Source: Enterobacteria phage vB_EcoS_Rogue1
Direction: 5' to 3' (one strand)
Sequence record: NC_019718.1
DNA: 45,805 nt
Position 1 is the stretch's first letter, and each line of letters opens with the position of its first letter. This document shows, one piece after another, positions 34,430 to 41,855 of the stretch. A model generated the notes under the pieces. That model ran no database searches. It was not told where the DNA came from and was given only the letters and a program-made list of their open reading frames with translations. Both the position numbers and the translations under genes were made by a program.

Positions 34430-36373
34430 ATGGAAAACCGATTGAAAACAATACAAAAACAGATTGAAGAATTGGGCGAAGATAAGATTAAAGAGATTCA
34501 AACTAAATTCACCTCTTCTAACGGTATGGTTCCGTATAGCTATCAGTGTGTTATGTACAATGAGATTGCAAAGCGCATTAGTCGCTATGAGCATCCATTT
34601 ATCGCAATGGCTTCAGTTTCTGCTGGTAAGACTCTGGTTTTTGGTATGGTTGCTAAGCGTTGCTCTGAGCTTGGCTTGCCTATGCTTGTTCTTGCTCGTC
34701 AGGCAGAGCTGGTTAGCCAGAATGCTTCTGAGATTTCTGATTACGGGGTTCCTAACTCCATTTATTGCTCTGGGCTTGGAATAAAATCATCTTATTTCCC
34801 TGTGGTGGTTGGCTCTGAGGGCACAGTAGTTGGCGGGCTTAAGAAGTCACTTGGCGATTTCTGTCCTGCGGTAGTTGCTATTGATGAGTGTCACCATATT
34901 GATGACCAGGACATAGCGGAGGCAATTGATAACAATGAGACTGCGCAACAGGCATCAGATAAGGGGCGTAGCCAGTATACGGTCATCATCCTGACTTTAA
35001 TGGAGCGCTGCCGTGCTAAGTATGGCAAGAATCTTCGTATCTTTGGACTGACTGGTTCTCCTTTCCGTGGAACTACGCCAATAGTTGTTGAAAACAAAAA
35101 GGAGTTGGGATTTTGGCGTGAGACGGTCACAAATATCGATACAAACTACCTGGTCGAGTTCGGTTCCGTGGTTCCGACAAACTTTGGTGCTACTGATGGC
35201 GTTGGTTACGACCTCTCAGAGTTTGATGCATCATCTGAAGATGGTGTTCAGGATTACACTAAAGCCCAGCTTGAAGCCATGGATAAAAAGATTCAGGCAT
35301 CTGGAACAATGACAGCGGAGATAATGAAGAAAGTATGGCTTGCCGCGAAAAACAGGAATGGAGTTCTGGTAACATGCGCAGGTGAGCGCCATTGCCACGA
35401 AGCCGCAAGTTACCTTCCTGAAGGTGAAAAGTTCTGCATTATAACTGGAAAGACTGGCGAGAAGCAGCGCAAGGAGTTGCTTGATAAGTGCTTTAGCGGG
35501 GAGATTAAATATTGCTTTCAGGTTCAGGCGCTAACCACTGGCGTAAATGTGCCTACATGGGATACAAGCGTTATTCTGCGTAAGATTGGTAGCCTTACGC
35601 TCCTGGTTCAGCTACTTGGTCGAGGAATGCGTAAGCTTAAGAAGCTCCATGAAGATAAAGGAATGGTCAAGAATGACCATTTGGTACTGGACTTCGCAGG
35701 AACGATGGACTCTATGGCATCATTGTACTTCAATCCAATTCTTGAGCAGGCTCAATATCAGCTACGAAAGAGTAATGGCAAGGAGACTAAGCAGTGTCCA
35801 GTATGCGGAACAGAGAACAGCTTCTTTGCTCGACGTTGCATGCATATTGATGAGAATAATAATCGCTGCGAATATTTCTGGGTTAGTCGCACATGTGAAG
35901 ACCAGAAAGACCCACGAACCGGAAAGGTTATCGTTAAAGGCTGCGGAGTTCAGAATGACGTTGCAGCTAAGATTTGTAGGGGTTGCGATTGCACTTTGCT
36001 TGATCCAAATCTCAACTTAAGCGGCAAACATTACCGCAAGAACGACTGGTTTGATGTTGTTGACTTTAAGGTTGGGCTAACAAAGAACCAATCAGGAATC
36101 ATCTACAACTACATCCTTGATGATGGCATGGGTGGGACATTCAAAGCTCATGAGGTTTTCTTTGTAGAGTCTGACCATCGAGTATGTAAAACGCTCTGGT
36201 TGAACAATGGAATTAAAGGTCACGTAGTCGACATGAACGCTAAGCGATATATGGCTGCATATCGCAATGCTCGCAAGATTATGGAGTATGCGCAGTACAT
36301 CCATGCCCCTAAGAGGGTAACTCACCGCAAGACCGCTAAAGGTGGCGATAATATTGCTAATAAGGAGTTCTAA
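34430..36373 (+). CDS. superfamily-2 DNA helicase with C-terminal zinc ribbon
   Basis: Walker A SAGKTLV, DECHH box, QLLGRGMR arginine-finger motif, C-terminal CPVCG...C..C; start refined to the ATG at 34430. Confidence 0.75.
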   Translation: MENRLKTIQKQIEELGEDKIKEIQTKFTSSNGMVPYSYQCVMYNEIAKRISRYEHPFIAMASVSAGKTLVFGMVAKRCSELGLPMLVLARQAELVSQNASEISDYGVPNSIYCSGLGIKSSYFPVVVGSEGTVVGGLKKSLGDFCPAVVAIDECHHIDDQDIAEAIDNNETAQQASDKGRSQYTVIILTLMERCRAKYGKNLRIFGLTGSPFRGTTPIVVENKKELGFWRETVTNIDTNYLVEFGSVVPTNFGATDGVGYDLSEFDASSEDGVQDYTKAQLEAMDKKIQASGTMTAEIMKKVWLAAKNRNGVLVTCAGERHCHEAASYLPEGEKFCIITGKTGEKQRKELLDKCFSGEIKYCFQVQALTTGVNVPTWDTSVILRKIGSLTLLVQLLGRGMRKLKKLHEDKGMVKNDHLVLDFAGTMDSMASLYFNPILEQAQYQLRKSNGKETKQCPVCGTENSFFARRCMHIDENNNRCEYFWVSRTCEDQKDPRTGKVIVKGCGVQNDVAAKICRGCDCTLLDPNLNLSGKHYRKNDWFDVVDFKVGLTKNQSGIIYNYILDDGMGGTFKAHEVFFVESDHRVCKTLWLNNGIKGHVVDMNAKRYMAAYRNARKIMEYAQYIHAPKRVTHRKTAKGGDNIANKEF

Positions 36374-36762
36374 TGGTTAAGGTTTTTCACGACAAAACAA
36401 GCACGGACAAGGCTAAAGAGGTTGTTCACCAAATAAATTCAATAGCTTGGGTTCGCCACAACCATCCAGAGATATTTGCTTTTCACGTGAAGAATGAAGG
36501 TCTCAAGTCTATCGGCACAGCAATGAAGGACAAGCAGGAGGGAGTAATTAAGGGTGTATCAGATATTCTACTGATTGGACCAAATGGCTTTGCCGCAATA
36601 GAGCTTAAGCGAGCAATAAAATCAGATAGCAAGGTTTCAAAGGAGCAAAAGGAGTTCCTGGAAAAGGTATCAGAAACAGGAGGTTACGCGGCAATCTGTT
36701 ATGGGTTTGAAATGTTTAAGTTGGCAATTACAGATTATCTATCAAATAGCACGAATTGCTAA
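36373..36762 (+). CDS. VRR-NUC domain nuclease
   Basis: 129 aa with D-x(n)-IELK core (ISDILLIGPNGFAAIELKRA) typical of VRR-NUC/PD-(D/E)XK minimal nucleases. Confidence 0.6.
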   Translation: MVKVFHDKTSTDKAKEVVHQINSIAWVRHNHPEIFAFHVKNEGLKSIGTAMKDKQEGVIKGVSDILLIGPNGFAAIELKRAIKSDSKVSKEQKEFLEKVSETGGYAAICYGFEMFKLAITDYLSNSTNC

Positions 36763-36789
36763 AGAGATTTCGCAAGGATGCGATATAGT
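36747..36789 (+). promoter_or_regulatory. palindromic box TAGCA-CGAAT-TGCTA, 22-bp spacer, -10 TATAGT (36784-36789), leader CATCGAAACGAAGAGAGAGA
   Basis: Box overlaps the last codons of the VRR-NUC gene. Confidence 0.55.
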
Positions 36790-36820
36790 TACTTCATCGA
36801 AACGAAGAGAGAGAAACAAA

Positions 36821-37015
36821 ATGAATACTATCTACACTGAAAAGCTGTACAAGTCACGCAAAACTGGTTATGAATATGAATTAGCAATCACCCCTGAGGG
36901 TTATATTCTTGATGATGGAGACGGTTACTCATTCGAAGTTAGCCCAACATACAAAGATGATTTAGAGACTGTTAAAAACGCATTCGGCGAAAAATTTGAT
37001 GAGGTGTCAGAATAA
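36821..37015 (+). CDS. hypothetical protein (64 aa)
   Basis: Start refined to the ATG downstream of the promoter and leader. Confidence 0.5.
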   Translation: MNTIYTEKLYKSRKTGYEYELAITPEGYILDDGDGYSFEVSPTYKDDLETVKNAFGEKFDEVSE

Positions 37016-37233
37016 TGAAATTAACCTTTGATAAGCAATGGGAACTCTTTCAGGCAATGGTGGCGCAGGAGTTGAGTAAGGCTGGATATAAAAATGATGT
37101 TTGGGATTTAGCTTGGTGTCTTGATTATAGTTTCGAAGAGGATTATCTGAACACTGATATCGAAACATGGCGCGACCGAATGATTGCTGATATCGAAGAA
37201 ATGAAGAAAGATTGCCCGGAGGATTTTTCATGA
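37015..37233 (+). CDS. hypothetical acidic protein (72 aa)
   Basis: Translationally coupled (TAATG overlap). Confidence 0.5.
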   Translation: MKLTFDKQWELFQAMVAQELSKAGYKNDVWDLAWCLDYSFEEDYLNTDIETWRDRMIADIEEMKKDCPEDFS

Positions 37234-37430
37234 TTACTGCGACTTGCGTAATGACGAACGGCTCATTCACCCTGCTCAATGAGTATGAATTCAAACTTGA
37301 CCCGATTAATGACCAGGTTGAAATAGTTAGCGATGACGGATTTGCATGGAAGTTACATAATGAATTTGATGGGTACTACGGGTGTAATGATGCGAAAGGT
37401 AAGCATGTAAGTTTTCTTGTTTATGAGTAA
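37230..37430 (+). CDS. hypothetical protein (66 aa)
   Basis: Start refined to the ATGA overlap with the upstream stop. Confidence 0.45.
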   Translation: MITATCVMTNGSFTLLNEYEFKLDPINDQVEIVSDDGFAWKLHNEFDGYYGCNDAKGKHVSFLVYE

Positions 37431-37431
37431 A

Positions 37432-37474
37432 TAGCACTTTTTGTTAAAACTAAAATACAAGGATGGATTATATT
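37432..37474 (+). promoter_or_regulatory. palindromic box TAGCA-CTTTT-TGTTA, 22-bp spacer, -10 TATATT
   Basis: Box family member; leader with GAGAGGG RBS precedes the ATG at 37505. Confidence 0.5.
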
Positions 37475-37504
37475 AATTACATCAGCAAATGAGAGGGTTA
37501 AGAG

Positions 37505-37630
37505 ATGAAAATTATAGACAAAGAGATGTTCGAGATTGCGCAGTCTTTCGCAAATGACGCAGTTAAGACTGGATCTGAATATTGCTGGATGTGCGCTCGA
37601 GAATATTTAAAAATGGCTTACGGCCTATGA
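37505..37630 (+). CDS. small hypothetical protein (41 aa, Cys-x-x-Cys)
   Basis: ATG after RBS; stop overlaps the next start (ATGA). Confidence 0.4.
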   Translation: MKIIDKEMFEIAQSFANDAVKTGSEYCWMCAREYLKMAYGL

Positions 37631-37866
37631 TAGTTGAAACAGGACGCGCCGCTGTATGGGCGCATTGTGGAGAGGCGGGATTGCAGGATGACATCAAGAT
37701 GATAGGTAAATACTTTGATATTGATGACATATCTGTAGTTTTCAATGGGAAGTTTAGTTATATGAACCAGCGGCCACGCAAGTATGTAAGAGTTCCAGCA
37801 ACGCCTAGCCTCGCAATGTATCGTGAGGAAGGTAAGAAGATATTTAAGAAAGGTGCGAAGAAATGA
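37627..37866 (+). CDS. hypothetical protein (79 aa)
   Basis: Start refined to the ATGA overlap. Confidence 0.45.
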   Translation: MIVETGRAAVWAHCGEAGLQDDIKMIGKYFDIDDISVVFNGKFSYMNQRPRKYVRVPATPSLAMYREEGKKIFKKGAKK

Positions 37867-38120
37867 ATTTACCTGGTCTAGATTTTGATGAGAGTAAGTA
37901 TCAGGTTGTGTTTTTTGGTGAGAAGCCTTATCGGAAGATTCCTTTCTCTGAGTGGATTCCTCCGGACTACCTCGATGTACTGGTGCAAATTGAGATTGGT
38001 AAAGCTGAGTTGATGTACTATTCGCCAGGTTGCAATATGATGATGCCTAGTGAGTATTCACCAGCAATTTCTTCTCTAGAAACTGAGTTTCTTGATTACT
38101 GGCTAAAAGAAGTAAAATAG
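37863..38120 (+). CDS. hypothetical protein (85 aa)
   Basis: Coupled ORF (ATGA overlap); stop overlaps the next palindromic box. Confidence 0.5.
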   Translation: MNLPGLDFDESKYQVVFFGEKPYRKIPFSEWIPPDYLDVLVQIEIGKAELMYYSPGCNMMMPSEYSPAISSLETEFLDYWLKEVK

Positions 38121-38160
38121 CACTTTTTGTTAAAACACATCGCCATGGATGGCGTATAGT
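38118..38160 (+). promoter_or_regulatory. palindromic box TAGCA-CTTTT-TGTTA, 22-bp spacer, -10 TATAGT (38155-38160), leader CATCGAAACGAGAGA
   Basis: Box family member; a 22-codon hydrophobic mini-ORF (38188-38256) lies in the leader before the phosphoesterase gene. Confidence 0.55.
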
Positions 38161-38271
38161 GTGTTCATCGAAACGAGAGACGATTCAGATGAAAACATTA
38201 CTACCGTTGATGGCTATGCCATTAACCTTTATAATCATGTACTTCATAATCTGCTAACAGGAAATTAAATA

Positions 38272-39405
38272 ATGGCTATAGCTAAAATCACCAACGAAGA
38301 GTTAAAGCAAGAACTGGCTAACGGTATGACTAACAAGGCAATCGCAGAGAAGTACGGTATGAATATTCGTAACGTAGAGCTGCGTCGCAGCAAGTTGGCT
38401 AAGGCTGGGGATGGTCACGGTCGCGATGTGAGTAACCTAATTCCTCAGGGCTACATGGTTAAAGGTGTATCTAGCCTTGTTGATAATGATGGCAATGTGA
38501 AGTTGCAATGGGTTAAGTCCTCTATTGATGCAGAGAAGCTTGAGGAGATGATGAATCAAGCGCGAGAGGCATTCTCTAGCGAGCTACCAAAAGAAAAAGC
38601 AGTTAAATCTGAAGGTCTGAATTTTGATGAAGATACTTTAGCTATGTATCCAGTATTTGACCTTCACATTGGCGCAATGGCCCACAAGCATGAGTGCGGA
38701 GAAAACTACGACACAGCAACGGCAGAGAAAGTAATGAACGATTATTTTGACTACGCCGTACAGAAATCTCCAAATTCAAAGAATGCTGTACTAGTGCTAG
38801 GAGGTGATCTGCTTCATTATGATTCTTTGGAAGCCAAAACTCCAGCCAGTGGTCACATCCTGGACAGTGACAGTCGCTACGCCAAGATTGTTTATGTTTG
38901 CATTCGAGCGGTTCGCCGCGCAATTCGAAACATGCTTAGCAAACATGAAAACGTAGAGGTTAAAGTTATATCTGGTAATCATGATGAAAGTGGTATGGTT
39001 TGGTTGCGGGCTGCGCTTGCTGCATTTTATGAGGAAGAGCCACGCGTTAGTATTGATGTTAGTCCCGCGGCAATGATGGTAACTAAGTTTGGTTCTACAA
39101 TGCTTGGTTTCACTCACGGGCATCAAATGCGTAAAGCTGATACTCGCCTTTCGGTTATGGCTACTGACTGGCGACGTGACTTTGGTTTAAGTGATTATGT
39201 ATACACCCACTCAGGCCACTGGCATTCACAGAAGATTACAGAGACAAATCTTGGTATTGATGAGGTTCATGGTCAGCTTGGTTCACCAGATGCATATAGT
39301 GCGAATGGTGGATGGCGCTCACAAAGGCAGGCCGCGGTAATCATCTATCATAAAGAGTTTGGTGAGGTTGGTCGCTTTATCTGCCGTCCAGAAATGTTCA
39401 AATAA
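38272..39405 (+). CDS. calcineurin-like metallophosphoesterase with N-terminal HTH-like region
   Basis: Motifs FDLHIG (D-x-H), GGDLLHYD (GD-x-x-D), GNHDE and GHWH in canonical order; N-terminal LKQELANGMTNKAIAEKYGMNIRNVELRR resembles an HTH. Confidence 0.7.
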   Translation: MAIAKITNEELKQELANGMTNKAIAEKYGMNIRNVELRRSKLAKAGDGHGRDVSNLIPQGYMVKGVSSLVDNDGNVKLQWVKSSIDAEKLEEMMNQAREAFSSELPKEKAVKSEGLNFDEDTLAMYPVFDLHIGAMAHKHECGENYDTATAEKVMNDYFDYAVQKSPNSKNAVLVLGGDLLHYDSLEAKTPASGHILDSDSRYAKIVYVCIRAVRRAIRNMLSKHENVEVKVISGNHDESGMVWLRAALAAFYEEEPRVSIDVSPAAMMVTKFGSTMLGFTHGHQMRKADTRLSVMATDWRRDFGLSDYVYTHSGHWHSQKITETNLGIDEVHGQLGSPDAYSANGGWRSQRQAAVIIYHKEFGEVGRFICRPEMFK

Positions 39406-39420
39406 TATCACTTTTTGTTA
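39406..39420 (+). promoter_or_regulatory. degenerate palindromic box TATCA-CTTTT-TGTTA followed by a GC hairpin
   Basis: Abuts the phosphoesterase stop; downstream -10 unclear. Confidence 0.3.
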
Positions 39421-39470
39421 AAGCCCTTCGAGGCTTTTGAGATGCGTCAGCTACAGATATAGGAATCAAA

Positions 39471-39668
39471 ATGATTACAGAGATGATTTTAGTTGCAAGC
39501 CTTTCATCTCCATTGGTATCTCAACAGTATTGTGAACTTGGAAAAGAGATTTACCATGAAGGAGTGGAATTAAGAACGGTTGTTGATTGGCTTAATCACA
39601 GCACGATGAATATTGATGATAAAAAGATTGTCCTTGAGTGCTATATAGTGGAGTCAAATAAAGTCTAA
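39471..39668 (+). CDS. hypothetical protein (65 aa)
   Basis: ATG after AGGAA RBS. Confidence 0.45.
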   Translation: MITEMILVASLSSPLVSQQYCELGKEIYHEGVELRTVVDWLNHSTMNIDDKKIVLECYIVESNKV

Positions 39669-39711
39669 ATAGCACGAATTGCTAAAACGAAAATCAAAAG
39701 ATGGGGTATAG
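39669..39711 (+). promoter_or_regulatory. palindromic box TAGCA-CGAAT-TGCTA, 22-bp spacer, -10 TATAGT embedded in inverted repeat GATGGGG/CCCCATC
   Basis: Box centre is about 42 bp upstream of the predicted transcription start. Confidence 0.55.
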
Positions 39712-39744
39712 TTACCCCATCTAAACAAACGAGAGGATACAAAG

Positions 39745-39930
39745 ATGGCTAAATTCACACAATCAGATGCACAAATCGAAGTTAAAGATGTTGGTTTTGG
39801 TAAGACCTTTAAGATTGCGCAGGCATACGGCTCTAGCGAAGAAGATGTAAAAGTTGACACTATCAATCTTACTGCTAAGAATGCTCGTGAAATTGCCTAC
39901 GCAATCCTAGATGCACTTGGAGAGCGCTAA
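39745..39930 (+). CDS. hypothetical acidic protein (61 aa)
   Basis: ATG after GAGAGGA RBS. Confidence 0.5.
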   Translation: MAKFTQSDAQIEVKDVGFGKTFKIAQAYGSSEEDVKVDTINLTAKNAREIAYAILDALGER

Positions 39931-40118
39931 TGCTTCAAACAATTAAAGCCGACATGGTTAAGGTGGGTGATGAAGTTTTGTTCTTAAACTGCCCACCGCA
40001 GGTAGTTAAGGCTACAAGCCTTGAGTATTACCCTGGCTGTATTTTCGTAATGATTAAGACCATTGGTGGTAACTGCTTCCCAATTAATGTAAACACACTT
40101 ATTTGCGTAAACCGTTAA
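39930..40118 (+). CDS. hypothetical protein (62 aa)
   Basis: Coupled ORF (TAATG overlap). Confidence 0.45.
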   Translation: MLQTIKADMVKVGDEVLFLNCPPQVVKATSLEYYPGCIFVMIKTIGGNCFPINVNTLICVNR

Positions 40119-40130
40119 GAGATTATCAAA

Positions 40131-40304
40131 ATGACTAAATTATTCTGCGTTAGCAACAAATCAAAATCACTGCCTTTCACTGTAAACAACCCTTACAGTG
40201 GTGAGTACCAGGGGGATGGTAATTATAAGATTTATGGCGATGACATGACTTGGATCTTCGCTCCCATTGATGGAGAACTGGTGGAATTCATTATCGCAGA
40301 CTAA
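40131..40304 (+). CDS. hypothetical protein (57 aa)
   Basis: ORF below the track cutoff, found by manual translation; followed by a terminator. Confidence 0.35.
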   Translation: MTKLFCVSNKSKSLPFTVNNPYSGEYQGDGNYKIYGDDMTWIFAPIDGELVEFIIAD

Positions 40305-40331
40305 CTTATAAGAAACATCAACTTGCAAACA

Positions 40332-40356
40332 GGCGGCCTTTATGGCTGCCTTTTTT
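40332..40356 (+). terminator. rho-independent terminator
   Basis: GGCGGCC-TTTAT-GGCTGCC hairpin (one G-U pair) followed by TTTTTT. Confidence 0.6.
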
Positions 40357-40418
40357 CTTTTATGTCAAAGTTTAATATCTGGTATTATTTAATCAAATCA
40401 ACTTAAAGAGGCCGCAAC

Positions 40419-40634
40419 ATGAAGCATTTCTATGACGCAGCCGCCTTGTCCGGTAGCGGAGTAGCTATGGGTGGCGGTTTATCTGACAACACAATCATCG
40501 GCATTATTGGCTTAGTTATCGCCGTATGCTTTGGTATTTTTGGCGCATGGCTGCGCTGGCGTGACAGTAAGGCGCTCCATAAAGCACTTGAAGATGGGGA
40601 TATTCGAGAGGCAATGAGAATCAGGAGTAAATAA
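40419..40634 (+). CDS. holin (probable pinholin)
   Basis: 71 aa; Gly-rich weak TMD then strong TMD IIGIIGLVIAVCFGIFGAWL; charged C-terminus; directly upstream of a SAR endolysin. Confidence 0.55.
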   Translation: MKHFYDAAALSGSGVAMGGGLSDNTIIGIIGLVIAVCFGIFGAWLRWRDSKALHKALEDGDIREAMRIRSK

Positions 40635-41116
40635 TGAGCATTAAAAATAAGGTAATTGGTTCTGCTGTGGCTGGTGCCATGGCTCTGGCGGTTCCGTTCC
40701 TTAATGAGCATGAAGGCGTTGAGTGCAAGCCTTACAAGGATGTTGCTGGGGTATGGACTATTTGCGCAGGAATCACTGGTCCTGACGTTATTCTGGGCAA
40801 GGTTTACACACAGCGAGAGTGTGATGCACTACTTATGAAGCACTTGTCAATTCATCGTGCCGCTGTTGATAAAGCGTTAAAGGTTGATGTTCCAGTTAGC
40901 ACCAGGGCTGCCTTGTATAGTTTCTCATTCAACGTGGGAACTAATGCGATGCGCAAATCAACGGCAATGAGGAAGATTAATTCCGGAGATATCTATGGCG
41001 GTTGCAATGCCTTAAGGCTATTTAACAAGATTACAATTAATGGTAAAAAGGTTGTATCTAAGGGTTTGGATAATAGACGTGACGCGGAGGTGAAGCTATG
41101 CGTTTCGGAGTTGTAG
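40634..41116 (+). CDS. SAR endolysin (phage lysozyme, GH24-like)
   Basis: N-terminal signal-anchor-release segment (VIGSAVAGAMALAVPFL) followed by EGVECKPYKDVAGVWTICAG, resembling the catalytic E-x8-D-x5-T region of P21-type lysozymes. Confidence 0.75.
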   Translation: MSIKNKVIGSAVAGAMALAVPFLNEHEGVECKPYKDVAGVWTICAGITGPDVILGKVYTQRECDALLMKHLSIHRAAVDKALKVDVPVSTRAALYSFSFNVGTNAMRKSTAMRKINSGDIYGGCNALRLFNKITINGKKVVSKGLDNRRDAEVKLCVSEL

Positions 41117-41502
41117 TTCTGGCAATTATCTTGCTGACAGGGTGCTCTGCTATGTCAGCCATTTCTGATTTCTTACCAGCAAAGGATGGCGTAGAGGCAA
41201 CCGCGCAGGTTGGTGAGTCCAACCAGAAAACAGGAGTTGGATTGTCAAATCAAACAGACAAATCTAGCTCAACAGAAAGCGACATGCGCAACTCAACTAA
41301 CAGAGACGTAGATTCATCAAGCCAGAAAAAGACAGCCGCTACAGGACTATCAGCCAACACAATAACAGCTGAAAAGATTGAAATTCATAGCACTGAAAAT
41401 TCTGGCTTTGACTCTTTAGTCTGGGGTATTCTGGCTGGATTAGTTTCAGGTTTGCTAACTTACTTCGCTTTAAGATTCGCAGGAAACAAAAAAGGAGCCT
41501 AA
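41098..41502 (+). CDS. unimolecular spanin (N-terminal lipoprotein signal, C-terminal TMD)
   Basis: Lipobox LLTGC at the N-terminus; C-terminal TMD LVWGILAGLVSGLLTYFAL; overlaps the endolysin gene; architecture as in T1 gp11. Confidence 0.65.
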   Translation: MRFGVVVLAIILLTGCSAMSAISDFLPAKDGVEATAQVGESNQKTGVGLSNQTDKSSSTESDMRNSTNRDVDSSSQKKTAATGLSANTITAEKIEIHSTENSGFDSLVWGILAGLVSGLLTYFALRFAGNKKGA

Positions 41503-41517
41503 TGGCTCCTTTATTTT
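41494..41517. terminator. bidirectional rho-independent terminator at convergent junction
   Basis: GGAGCC-TAAT-GGCTCC hairpin flanked by AAAAAAA and TTTATTTT. Confidence 0.7.
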
Positions 41518-41851
41518 ACGCGAACAGTTGGTCGTCTGTCATTTCTTTTATGGTCATCATCTCATTGGTGTACTTATCACTCTCACCTCCGAGGCACCTA
41601 AAGCTAAAACCGAATGGTCGCTTCGTGCTTCCTTTGCTCCAGTAACTGCCATTAACTCCATCGATGTAACCTTCAGTCATGCATCTTGCCAGAAACTCCT
41701 TTGACGCAGATGATGCAAAGTAACGCGCATTAACTCCAGCTGCCTTAGCCATTCTTTCACATTCTTTGTGGCGGTAAATGAATACCGCCAGGTGCTGCCT
41801 GTTAAACTTTTCGTAGCTCTCGCAGAACTTGAACACATCAAGGATGAACAT
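41516..41851 (-). CDS. hypothetical protein (111 aa)
   Basis: ORF immediately downstream of the 530-aa gene on the minus strand. Confidence 0.5.
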   Translation of the reverse strand: MFILDVFKFCESYEKFNRQHLAVFIYRHKECERMAKAAGVNARYFASSASKEFLARCMTEGYIDGVNGSYWSKGSTKRPFGFSFRCLGGESDKYTNEMMTIKEMTDDQLFA

Positions 41852-41855
41852 TTAA

